Shown: one piece after another, positions 1 to 8,068 of the stretch
How the letters are laid out: every line of letters starts with the position of its first letter
Numbering within the stretch: the stretch's first letter is position 1
Source of the DNA: Pyrinomonadaceae bacterium
Lineage (GTDB): Bacteria > Acidobacteriota > Blastocatellia > Pyrinomonadales > Pyrinomonadaceae
DNA length: 32,000 bases
NCBI GenBank assembly: GCA_044228265.1
Contig: JBGAVC010000037.1
Coordinates: forward strand, 5,726 to 37,725
Direction of reading: 5' to 3'
Made by a program: the position numbers and the translations under genes
The notes under the pieces: model-generated
The model's database searches: none
Told to the model about the DNA's origin: nothing
The model's input: only the letters and a program-made list of their open reading frames with translations

Positions 1-806
1 ACTCGAAGCGCGATCCGTCTGACGATCGACTCAACGATGGCATAGATCTCGCCGGATGTGACCTCGACGGCGGCCGGGCTGCCGGTTTGAACATCGCGCC
101 CGCGGACCTCCATTGTTCTGGAAATGTCATCGGGCAAGTAGGCCGAAGAGAACTGCGTCTTGAGCAGTTCGGTGGTCTCCTCGCCGACCTGAAGGCCGCG
201 ATGACGTCTAAGGTGCGTCGCGAGGCTCTCGTTTATCGCATTGCTGCCATAACGCTCGGAGGTCGAATGTACGACAGAACCTTTGGCAATGATCGCGATA
301 TTTGTGGTGCCGGCACCTATATCGATGATCGCCGAAGCGCGCCTGTCCGATGGCAGTACGCCCGCGCCGAACGCCGCAGCGAGCCCCTCTTCCATCATAA
401 AGACCTTTCCGATGCCGGCTTCGTCGGCCGCATTGAGCAACGCACGCTGCTCTACGTGCGTCACGTCCGACACTAGGCTCATCACAGCACGTATAGAGAT
501 GTTGGAGCCGCCCGTTTTGCCCTTCTTTACAAAGTGGGCAAGCATCTTCTTGGTCCGCTCAAAATCTCCGACCACGCCGCCGATTAGCGGGGCCCGAACG
601 ATAACATCGCGGCCCTCGCGTCCCGACATGTCGGCAGCTTCCTGTCCGAAGGCAACTACTTCGTCAGTGAGTTCGTTGGTTGCGACCAACGAAGGTTCGT
701 CCAACACGATGCCCCGGCCTTTGACGGCAATGATAGTGCTCGCCGTGCCGAGGTCGATAGCCATCGAATCGGTAACCAGTTTTTTCAGGGATGAGATCTT
801 GAGCAT
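1..806 (-). CDS. mreB: MreB-like actin-family ATPase (rod-shape protein); the C-terminal part runs off the window start
   Basis: Absent from the ORF track because there is no stop codon inside the window. Reverse-complement reading from the ATG at 806..804 gives MLKISSLKKLVTDSMAIDLGTASTIIAVKGRGIVLDEPSLVA...RASAIIDIGAGTTNIAIIAKGSVV... This carries the MreB/actin phosphate-binding motifs (DLGTA, DIGxGTT). The + strand ORFs 87..476 and 283..813 are its antisense shadows. Confidence 0.8.
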   Translation of the reverse strand, partial: MLKISSLKKLVTDSMAIDLGTASTIIAVKGRGIVLDEPSLVATNELTDEVVAFGQEAADMSGREGRDVIVRAPLIGGVVGDFERTKKMLAHFVKKGKTGGSNISIRAVMSLVSDVTHVEQRALLNAADEAGIGKVFMMEEGLAAAFGAGVLPSDRRASAIIDIGAGTTNIAIIAKGSVVHSTSERYGSNAINESLATHLRRHRGLQVGEETTELLKTQFSSAYLPDDISRTMEVRGRDVQTGSPAAVEVTSGEIYAIVESIVRRIALR

Positions 807-841
807 ATGGTAGAGCTTATTAAAAAGTCCTGCCGCGGGAC

Positions 842-871
842 ATTATATTCTTAATACAAGATATGTGGCAA
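842..871 (-). promoter_or_regulatory. Candidate sigma70-type promoter for the mreB-like gene
   Basis: On the minus strand: TTGCCA (871..866), 18-nt spacer, TATAAT (847..842). It lies about 35 nt upstream of the ATG at 806, within the 70-nt gap after the cyclase stop codon. Confidence 0.3.
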
Positions 872-876
872 CAAAA

Positions 877-2601
877 TCATGTCCAATTCAGTTCGAATAA
901 TCTGACCGGCTGACGTCGGTTTTTGACCACGATCGGCTCTTTCGGTTTAAGCGGAAACAGGTTCCCCGCGGCGGTCGCGGTCTCTTCGCTGAGGAGTACC
1001 TCACGGCCCCTGGCGATGCTTTCGAGTCTGGACGCGACGTTGACCGTGTCGCCGATCGCCGTGTACTCGGACCTTTTCTCCGATCCGATATATCCGATCG
1101 TGGCCTCGCCGGTATGCAGCCCGATGCCGACTCCGATCGGCGAGAACCCGTCACGACCAAGTTCTTCGTTGAGCGAGACAAGCCGTTTTTGCATAGCGAC
1201 CGCGGTCTTGACCGCGTTTGCGGCGTCATTCGGGGTTGCCGTCGGGGCCCCGAATATAGCCATCAATCCGTCGCCGATATACTTATCAAGCGTTCCGCCG
1301 TGGGCGAAAATTATCTCCGACATCGCCGTAAAGTACTTGTTTAGCAGTCCGACGACCTTCTCGGGATTCTCGTGCTCGGACATTGCGGTAAAGCCGCGAA
1401 TGTCGGCAAACAGTACCGTGATCGTCTGATTCACGCCCCCGAGACGAAAAGAATCCGGATTTTCAAGGAGCTGCCTGACGACATACTCGGGCATGAAACG
1501 GCTGTAATTTGCACGTGCGACCTCTTCGCGGGCGAGGCGCTTGTGTGCTTTGACGGTCTCGACCGTCACGGCCGTCTGAGCAGCGACGGCGCTTATCAAT
1601 GCAAGATCGTCCGCCGAAAACGCGGCAAACGGATCGAGCCGGTCCGCATACAGGACACCATGAACGTTTGACTCGGTTATCAAAGGAGCACAGATCGTCG
1701 ATCTTACGCCCTGCGAGACTATCGACTCGGCGTGGGCGAACTGCTCGTCCATCCTCGCGTCCTGCGACAGTAACGCGACCTTTTCACGCATCACTTTGTG
1801 CGTGATCGTCCGGCTGACGGTCAGTTTGTCGGTCGAGCTGTCGATATTCTCGTCACGGGTCTTTGCACCGATCTGGAACAGACTGTAATCGAGTATCTTG
1901 CCTTCTGTCGTTTCGTCCGCAAGCAGCGCTATCACCCGATCAGCCGGTGTCCCGCGAAAGATCAGCTCGGTCGCCTTTTCAAAGATCTCTCTTAAATCAA
2001 AAACCGTGCCAAGCGTTTTGCTCATTTCGTAGAGGAGTTCGAGCATCCTGGCCTTGCGCCGCAGGGTCTTGACCTCATCAGGCGTCGCTGTCGCTGACTC
2101 CATCGAGGCGTGCGATTGGGCGCCGATGATCTCGTTCGCCGTCATCTGGACCATCGTGTGGCCAAGCGGCGAGTCGTCAAACCGGACGCCGAGCGGCGCG
2201 GCGGCAGTCGGAGCCCCTGCCGCGGCTATCGAAAATGAGGCTGCCGCGTTCTCGGGCCTCTCGGCCACGGGCGTCTTTGCAGCGGCGAGGGTCTTGAACT
2301 CGAGGCTGCTCTCACCGATGACGATGATGTCGCCATTCTCAAGCAATTTCTCGATCGACGGCTGTCCGTTGACATAGACATGATTGATACTGCGGACGAT
2401 CTGCCCATTCTCGATGCTGCCGTCAACGATGCGAAAATCCGGGCCGTCGGCCTCGATATACGCGTGTTTACGCGACACGCGGCGATCGTTCAGGACGATG
2501 CCGTTCTCCTTGGCCCGCCCGATAGTATAGATCGGCCCGGCAGCGAGACCGACCTCCCAGGACCTTCCGTTCGGTTCTGTAACTACTAAGATAGCTTCCA
2601 C
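877..2601 (-). CDS. FHA - GAF - class III adenylate/guanylate cyclase multidomain signalling protein
   Basis: FHA signature YTIGRAKENGIVLNDRRVSRKHAYIE...VNGQ (approx 2299..2538). GAF-like middle region (approx 1564..2031). Class III cyclase motifs ITVLFADIRGFTAMSE, GDGLMAIFGAP, GLHTGEATIGYIGS, YTAIGDTVNVASRLES (approx 949..1428). The ORF stays open up to 3183, but that extension is antisense to the cysteine desulfurase gene. I place the start at GTG 2601..2599, just before the FHA domain and downstream of a good promoter. Confidence 0.8.
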   Translation of the reverse strand: MEAILVVTEPNGRSWEVGLAAGPIYTIGRAKENGIVLNDRRVSRKHAYIEADGPDFRIVDGSIENGQIVRSINHVYVNGQPSIEKLLENGDIIVIGESSLEFKTLAAAKTPVAERPENAAASFSIAAAGAPTAAAPLGVRFDDSPLGHTMVQMTANEIIGAQSHASMESATATPDEVKTLRRKARMLELLYEMSKTLGTVFDLREIFEKATELIFRGTPADRVIALLADETTEGKILDYSLFQIGAKTRDENIDSSTDKLTVSRTITHKVMREKVALLSQDARMDEQFAHAESIVSQGVRSTICAPLITESNVHGVLYADRLDPFAAFSADDLALISAVAAQTAVTVETVKAHKRLAREEVARANYSRFMPEYVVRQLLENPDSFRLGGVNQTITVLFADIRGFTAMSEHENPEKVVGLLNKYFTAMSEIIFAHGGTLDKYIGDGLMAIFGAPTATPNDAANAVKTAVAMQKRLVSLNEELGRDGFSPIGVGIGLHTGEATIGYIGSEKRSEYTAIGDTVNVASRLESIARGREVLLSEETATAAGNLFPLKPKEPIVVKNRRQPVRLFELNWT

Positions 2602-2611
2602 GACACTCGAT

Positions 2612-2640
2612 ATTGTAGATGGTAGCCCTGCAATTGTGAA
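2612..2640 (-). promoter_or_regulatory. Candidate sigma70-type promoter for the cyclase gene
   Basis: Minus strand: TTCACA (2640..2635), 17-nt spacer, TACAAT (2617..2612). The GTG start at 2601 lies 10 nt after the -10 box, which implies a leader of only a few nucleotides. Confidence 0.4.
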
Positions 2641-2650
2641 CACGTGATTG

Positions 2651-2656
2651 TATAAT
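2651..2656 (+). promoter_or_regulatory. Consensus -10 box (TATAAT) 5 nt upstream of the cysteine desulfurase ATG; leaderless geometry
   Basis: Sequence gattgTATAATcgcgaATGgcc. There is no room for a Shine-Dalgarno sequence. The -35 region is weak (ctgcaa at 17-nt spacing). Confidence 0.4.
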
Positions 2657-2661
2657 CGCGA

Positions 2662-3828
2662 ATGGCCGCAAACCCGACTTGCATGATCTATTTCGATAAC
2701 AACGCCACGACACGCGTTGCACCAGAGGTGTTTGACGCGATGAAACCCTTTTTGGACGAGAGCTGGGGCAATCCCTCGTCCGCACACTCGGTAGGACGGG
2801 TAGCGGTATCGGCTATTGCTGACGCGCGCGAACATATCGCCGTGCTCCTCGGAGCCCGTTCGCCAAATGAGGTCATTTTCACCGGCACGGGAAGCGAGTC
2901 CGACAACTGGGCGATCAGAGGCGCACTCGCGGCGTCGCCCAATAAAAAGCACATCATCACAACGCGTGTCGAACACGAGGCCGTCCGCAAACTCTGCGAG
3001 CTGCTCGAGCTGGACGGCTGCCGCGTCACATGGCTCGACGTGAACGCCGATGGATTCCTTGATCTCGATGAACTGCGGTCCTCGTTGACCTCCGACACGG
3101 CCGTCGTTTCGATCATGCTCGCCAACAACGAAACGGGCATAATATTTCCGGTCGTTGAGGCGGCGGAGATCGTAAAGGAACACTCAACCGCGTTGTTTCA
3201 CACCGACGCCGTAAACGCCGCAGGAAAGGTGCCGATCGACCTTAAATCGACCGAGATCGACTTGCTCTCGATATCGGGGCATAAATTTCACGGGCCGAAA
3301 GGGATCGGAGTACTTTACATCCGCGACGGAGTGTCGATCCCGCCCGGGGTGATCGGCGGCGGACAGGAACGCGGTCTTCGCGCCGGAACCGAAGCGGTCC
3401 ACCAGATCGCAGGTCTCGGGGCAGCCGCAAAATTAGTTCTCGAGAGAAGCGAAACGGCCCGGATCGGCGCGATGCGCGACCGGCTTGAGTCCGAGATCTT
3501 GGATACTATTCCAAATTCTCGTTTAAACGGCACCTCTGACCGGAGGCGGCGCCTGCCAAACACGTCGAGCATCTCGTTCGAGAACACCAACGGCGAAATG
3601 ATCATGGCGCGGCTCGACAACCTGGATATCTGTGTCTCCACGGGCTCGGCTTGTCACACGCAAGATCATCGCGCGTCCGCCGTTCTACAGGCGATGAACG
3701 TACCTTACTCTTGGGCGATGGGCTCGATACGGTTTTCGCTCGGGCGTTACAACACGGATGACGAGATATCGCGATTGACCCACGTTCTGCCCGAGATCGT
3801 CAACGATCTGCGACAACTCTCGATGTAA
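2662..3828 (+). CDS. nifS: Cysteine desulfurase, NifS/IscS class V aminotransferase family
   Basis: 388 aa. PLP-lysine motif SGHKFHGPKGIGVLY. Active-site cysteine loop STGSACHT. N-terminus IYFDNNATTRV is typical of the family. Confidence 0.9.
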   Translation: MAANPTCMIYFDNNATTRVAPEVFDAMKPFLDESWGNPSSAHSVGRVAVSAIADAREHIAVLLGARSPNEVIFTGTGSESDNWAIRGALAASPNKKHIITTRVEHEAVRKLCELLELDGCRVTWLDVNADGFLDLDELRSSLTSDTAVVSIMLANNETGIIFPVVEAAEIVKEHSTALFHTDAVNAAGKVPIDLKSTEIDLLSISGHKFHGPKGIGVLYIRDGVSIPPGVIGGGQERGLRAGTEAVHQIAGLGAAAKLVLERSETARIGAMRDRLESEILDTIPNSRLNGTSDRRRRLPNTSSISFENTNGEMIMARLDNLDICVSTGSACHTQDHRASAVLQAMNVPYSWAMGSIRFSLGRYNTDDEISRLTHVLPEIVNDLRQLSM

Positions 3829-3831
3829 CTG

Positions 3832-4233
3832 ATGGAAATAGAGGAATTTAAACGAAAAATGAAGATGAAACTCATTCAACTCTCTATCTTCACGATGTTT
3901 TTGATCGTGGTAGCTTTCTCGCAAACAAAGGTCTCGGCTCAGGCCGATCAGATCGTCGGCGGATATGGGGATATTTCCGTTAAATCAAAAGAGGCACGCC
4001 GTGCCGCAGATGTCGCGGTCCATAGCCGATCCGCTAGGACCGGGAAAAAGATCACGCTCGTTCGTATCAAAAAAGCTGAACAGCAGGTCGTCGCTGGGCT
4101 CAATTATCGCATCTGCATGTCCGTCCGCGAAGGTCGCCGCAAACCCTACCTTGTGACCGCTGTGGTCTACCAGAACCTCAAGAACAAACGCAGTCTGAGC
4201 AAATGGAAAAAAGGCGATTGCACGGATCTCTAG
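3832..4233 (+). CDS. Secreted cystatin-like protein (putative cysteine-protease inhibitor fold)
   Basis: Signal peptide KLIQLSIFTMFLIVVAFSQTKVSAQA. The mature part has the cystatin layout: N-terminal IVGG, a helix, the literal QVVAG hairpin motif (EQQVVAGLNYRI), then VVYQNL...SKW. The start could instead be the ATG at 3859 or 3865 (MKMKL). Confidence 0.6.
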   Translation: MEIEEFKRKMKMKLIQLSIFTMFLIVVAFSQTKVSAQADQIVGGYGDISVKSKEARRAADVAVHSRSARTGKKITLVRIKKAEQQVVAGLNYRICMSVREGRRKPYLVTAVVYQNLKNKRSLSKWKKGDCTDL

Positions 4234-4274
4234 GATTCGTAAGCCAAAGAAAGACGGTTTATTGACGCCCGGAT

Positions 4275-4454
4275 CTACAGCTTTAGCCGCTCATATTGGG
4301 CAAAGAGCTTTGTGATCTCGGCATTGATCGCTTGCTTTGCGGCAAGGCTTGTCTCCTTGTCACGGCGTTTGACCAACTCTTCAATTTGGTGCTGCAGGAC
4401 CTCGATCTTAGTCTCGGGTTTTCTGCTTTTGCTGATTTGATATTTATCGTCCAT
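4275..4454 (-). CDS. Small (59 aa) lysine/glutamate-rich helical hypothetical protein
   Basis: Below the ORF-track length cutoff. Reverse complement from ATG 4454 reads MDDKYQISKSRKPETKIEVLQHQIEELVKRRDKETSLAAKQAINAEITKLFAQYERLKL, with stop TAG at 4277..4275. Its composition is far more protein-like than the overlapping listed ORFs 4283..4522(-) and 4296..4496(+). No clear RBS or promoter. Confidence 0.3.
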   Translation of the reverse strand: MDDKYQISKSRKPETKIEVLQHQIEELVKRRDKETSLAAKQAINAEITKLFAQYERLKL

Positions 4455-4546
4455 GAGTCTGCGCTCGGGGTTGACAAAAGTGTTTTCTGCCTTTGAGTAC
4501 GATGATATACTGGTCGGCGCATCTTACATAAAAAGGAGGCAGACGT

Positions 4547-4750
4547 ATGTCAGCAACATCTGCGGCGCAAGCCGGGCGTAAATTCATTGACTGCAGCGAA
4601 TTTCCGAGCGACAGCAACTGCACGTTGAAAATTTCGGGCAAGGAAGACGAGGTCATTCCGATCGCTGCCTACCATGCCGCGACCGTGCATGGCCACGAAG
4701 ACACACCGGAAATGCGTGAAAAACTCCGTTCATTCTTAAAGGACGAATAA
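4547..4750 (+). CDS. DUF1059 family small protein
   Basis: 67 aa. FIDCSEFPSDSNCTLKISGKEDEVIPIAAYHAATVHGHEDTPEMREKLRSFLKDE matches my memory of DUF1059. Strong RBS AAAGGAGG ending 7 nt before the ATG. Confidence 0.8.
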   Translation: MSATSAAQAGRKFIDCSEFPSDSNCTLKISGKEDEVIPIAAYHAATVHGHEDTPEMREKLRSFLKDE

Positions 4751-4769
4751 AGCGAAGGGCCGCAAAAGT

Positions 4770-7700
4770 TCAGGCGGCTTTTTCGATGCCGTAGCGGGCT
4801 AGTTTGAGGTAGAGACCGCGACGGGTGAGTCCGAGTTCGTTTGCGACACGTGAGATGTTCCAGTTGTGGCGGGTGAGAGCGGCTTTGATCATCTGCAGCT
4901 CGAGTTCCGAGACGGCGTCTTCAAGGGTTCCGCCCGGCGTCAGGTTGGTGAACGGAGATACCACGCCGTCGTAGGACGCTATCGGACGGACGTTGGACCC
5001 AGGATCGAAGGTGGTCAACGGCTTTGCACTACGTTTGAGCTCGGGCGACAAATGCTCAGGCGTGACGACCTCGTTATCGACCGCACGGGCAACTATCCTT
5101 TGTATCTCATTGCATAACTGCCGGACGTTCCCTTCCCAGTTACACACCATAAGCAGGTCGACCGTCTGCGGCGTAAATGTAATATCGCGTTTGCCGAAAC
5201 GCGCCGAGTAGTGGTTGACGTAGTAATTGACGATCGGCGGTATCTCCGAACGCCGTTCCCGCAGCGGAGGCACACGCAACCGGATCACGTTCAGCCTGTA
5301 GTAGAGATCTTCGCGAAAGGAGCCTTCGGCAACCTTTTCCTCAAGAGGCATGTTGGTGGCGGCGATGATACGAACATCGACCTTCATGGGACGCTTTTCG
5401 CCAAGCGGCTGGATCTCGCCTTCCTGAAGAAAGCGGAGCAGTTTGGGCTGCACATCGAGCGGCAGGTCGCCGACTTCATCCAGAAACAGCGTACCGCCGT
5501 CGGCAGTCCGGATAGTACCCGGCGAATCCTGGACGGCGCCGGTGAACGCGCCTTTTCGGTAACCGAACAGATGCCCTTCAGCCAGCTCTTTTGGCACCGC
5601 CGTGCAGTTGAACGGGACAAAGATCCTGTCCTTTCGGTTCGAGAGTGTGTGAATGGCTCGCGAAACGAGCTCTTTTCCGGTTCCCGATTCGCCCGTGACG
5701 AGCACCGTCACATCGGACGAGCGTATCTTATAGACTTCCTCAACCAGCGCCGTCATCGCCGGCGACGAGTGAATAAAGCCGGGCATTAGGCTGTTGGACG
5801 TGTACGGTCCGGAATCCGATTCCGCGGGTCGCGATTTGTCCTTCTCACGAAGGGCGACCAGGTCCATTCCCATTTCAACGACCCGCAGCAGCGGCTGCAG
5901 CGAACTTTCATCCGACAGGACGGCGCCGGATTGCGGGCTTATGATCAAGACGGCTGGCGAACCCGCACTGCTTCGGAGCGGAATGACGGCGACGTTTTTT
6001 GTCCTGGCAAAGGTCTTTTCCTCGCCTTTCTGCATCGCTTCGTTGAGCTTTCTTACAAGTTCGTTGCTCTCCTGCGGCGAGTATCCGTGAGTAACGAACG
6101 GATAAAGCCGCTTCTGTTCGCCGTGCTCGGCGACGATCACACGACGAGCGTTACTCTCCTGCTGCAGCACTGCAACTAGCTCCCGAAACAATAGTTCTCG
6201 TGATGCAGTGGCTTCGGCCAGCCGTACGGTAAGAAGCTGGAAGACTACCGAATTTGTCCTGCGAGTCGGCTGCTCGCCGGACGGCTCCGACATTTTTGCC
6301 AGGCGGGCCCGAGCGCTTTCGACCGCGCTGGCAAGCAGCTTGTTTCCGAGCTTATTGAAAACGTCGGAGGCCGTGGCGAGATGATTCGCGGCCCTCGCGG
6401 ACTGCCGTCGGTCAAGATTGGACCCGAGCAAAAGGTGAATCAGTGCCGTGTGATACAGGTCCTCGGCTGCTTCAAAGATCGTCAATGCACGATTAAAGTG
6501 GTGGATCGCAAGTTCAGTGTCCTGTTCTTCAAGGGCCGCCAAGCCCCGGATACGCTGAATGTTGCCTAGCACGAAGAAGTCCGACGTCGCGTCGGTCTCC
6601 TCGATGGCCCTCAGTGCGGCGTCGCATTCCTCGACGTCGTTTCTCAACAGCGAACTTTCGGCCAGAACGAGGCCCGCCATGTTCGCGTAATGCTTATCGC
6701 CGACCTCATGCGCTAGGGCTATGGTCTCTTTTGCCTTCTCGGCCGCCGCATTGAGGTCACCACGTGCAAGGTTCAGGCGCGCGATGTTTCGCATTGCCTG
6801 AACCTTGTACCATTGGTTCTTTCGTTCGGTGGCACATTCGACCGCCTTTTTGAGCAGCGATTCGGCTTCGTCCCATTCACCGCGGAGGATCATCAATTCT
6901 CCCAGCGAATCATATATGCCTGCCAGGTGGGTATAATTTCCTCTCAAAGCGATCTCGAGCGCACGCCTGATCATGGCTTCGGCTCTTATCCAGTCGCCGA
7001 TCAAAGCCAGATTGATCCCGAGATTGTTATAGGCTATGACTGAATTGAGAGCGTGTTCCGTACGGTCAAAGAACTCGATCGATTTCTCGAGGCACTCGAT
7101 ACCTTCCTGCGGGCGGCGAAGAAACCAATAAGCGCCGGACATATCGGTATAGAGCTTGCCCAGCATGAAAGGCGCCGAGTTGTCACCGATGATCTTGATA
7201 CCCAGTTGAAAACTCTCGAGAGCCTTATCGCTGTTTCCCTCCTGATGCAGGCTGTTCGCGATCTCACGATACGCTTCTGCCATCCCCAGCCAATTGCCCT
7301 GTTCGCGGAAATTGTCGAGCGCCTTTTCGGCAAAATCCCTGCAGATCGGATATTCGTTGAGTCTTCGGTAAACGCGGGCGAGTCCGGTATTGATAAAACC
7401 CGCCAGATGCGGCAGGTTGTATTCTGACGCTTTCTTTAAGGTGTCTTTGAGCAACGTGATCGCCTTGGGCTGATCGGTCTGGTTATTGTAGGCAATGGCG
7501 AGCTGGGTAATGACCTTGACCTGTGTCTCGGTCGAGAGTTCAGCCAGATTCTCCTCATCCTCGTAGGGTTTTAGTATCTCCAGGGATTCATCGTAGCGAC
7601 CAAGAGTCTCGAGAGTGAAAGCAAGCAGCCGCTTGAGGTGTGCGAGATTATCCGGCGTATGCTCGTAGTCATTGATAGTTTCCGTCAAGATACGCTCGGA

Positions 7701-7823
7701 TTCTCCGGACAAGCCCTCGCGCAGTTTCTGGCCGACACTTGAAAATACCGCGTCGATCTTCTCCGCTGAGATCTGATGCGCGGCACGAGCCGAACTTTTC
7801 AATGTTTGCGACCTGACCTTCAT
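4770..7823 (-). CDS. Sigma54-dependent transcriptional activator (bEBP) with long N-terminal TPR region and GAF-like domain; no receiver domain
   Basis: Walker [11 protein letters not shown] (approx 5673..5697). GAFTGA loop RKGAFTGAV (approx 5533..5556). REDLYYRL arginine-finger region. C-terminal Fis-type [30 protein letters not shown]. About 500 aa of TPR-like repeats at the N-terminus. ATG at 7823 is preferred; the ORF track extends to a TTG at 7850. Confidence 0.85.
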   Translation of the reverse strand: MKVRSQTLKSSARAAHQISAEKIDAVFSSVGQKLREGLSGESERILTETINDYEHTPDNLAHLKRLLAFTLETLGRYDESLEILKPYEDEENLAELSTETQVKVITQLAIAYNNQTDQPKAITLLKDTLKKASEYNLPHLAGFINTGLARVYRRLNEYPICRDFAEKALDNFREQGNWLGMAEAYREIANSLHQEGNSDKALESFQLGIKIIGDNSAPFMLGKLYTDMSGAYWFLRRPQEGIECLEKSIEFFDRTEHALNSVIAYNNLGINLALIGDWIRAEAMIRRALEIALRGNYTHLAGIYDSLGELMILRGEWDEAESLLKKAVECATERKNQWYKVQAMRNIARLNLARGDLNAAAEKAKETIALAHEVGDKHYANMAGLVLAESSLLRNDVEECDAALRAIEETDATSDFFVLGNIQRIRGLAALEEQDTELAIHHFNRALTIFEAAEDLYHTALIHLLLGSNLDRRQSARAANHLATASDVFNKLGNKLLASAVESARARLAKMSEPSGEQPTRRTNSVVFQLLTVRLAEATASRELLFRELVAVLQQESNARRVIVAEHGEQKRLYPFVTHGYSPQESNELVRKLNEAMQKGEEKTFARTKNVAVIPLRSSAGSPAVLIISPQSGAVLSDESSLQPLLRVVEMGMDLVALREKDKSRPAESDSGPYTSNSLMPGFIHSSPAMTALVEEVYKIRSSDVTVLVTGESGTGKELVSRAIHTLSNRKDRIFVPFNCTAVPKELAEGHLFGYRKGAFTGAVQDSPGTIRTADGGTLFLDEVGDLPLDVQPKLLRFLQEGEIQPLGEKRPMKVDVRIIAATNMPLEEKVAEGSFREDLYYRLNVIRLRVPPLRERRSEIPPIVNYYVNHYSARFGKRDITFTPQTVDLLMVCNWEGNVRQLCNEIQRIVARAVDNEVVTPEHLSPELKRSAKPLTTFDPGSNVRPIASYDGVVSPFTNLTPGGTLEDAVSELELQMIKAALTRHNWNISRVANELGLTRRGLYLKLARYGIEKAA

Positions 7824-8068
7824 TTGTACGTAAACGAACGAAACAGCCAATTACGGCTTCGTTTCAGCCTAAAAACGCGTCTCAGAGGATAAAATTGAAT
7901 ACTTACTACACAGCGCAGGTGCAATGTAGCAGATAATCGAGCTTGCGTCCATATCCGCGTGTCTGAAGATATCACCGTCGCTGCAAGAGATTTCGAACGT
8001 CGGCCCGACAAACTGCATCCAATCGGGCTTGAAGTGATGGGCGGATTAGCGGAAAATCTGCTTACCGG

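Noticed and set aside
87-813. Listed + strand ORFs 87..476 (129 aa) and 283..813 (176 aa)
   Set aside because: They are antisense to a clear MreB-like reading frame on the minus strand. Their translations are low-complexity (A/S/R/P-rich) and carry no recognisable motif.
2602-3183. 5' extension of the cyclase ORF (first 194 codons of the 768-aa ORF)
   Set aside because: It is entirely antisense to the well-supported cysteine desulfurase gene. It has no domain signature, and a good promoter plus a GTG sit right before the FHA domain.
4283-4522. Listed 79-aa minus-strand ORF and 66-aa plus-strand ORF (4296..4496)
   Set aside because: One translation is R/S/T-rich and the other L/C/F-rich, and neither looks like protein. 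The alternative 59-aa frame looks more genuine. The 79-aa ORF would also run across the likely DUF1059 promoter (TTGACA at 4471).
7824-8068. Search for a sigma54 -24/-12 promoter or activator binding sites between the bEBP and the EPS synthase
   Set aside because: No TGGCAC-N5-TTGC-like element with correct GG/GC spacing was found here. The closest match in the window, TGGCACCGCCGTGCA near 5584, is inside and antisense to the bEBP coding region, and its spacing is off by one.
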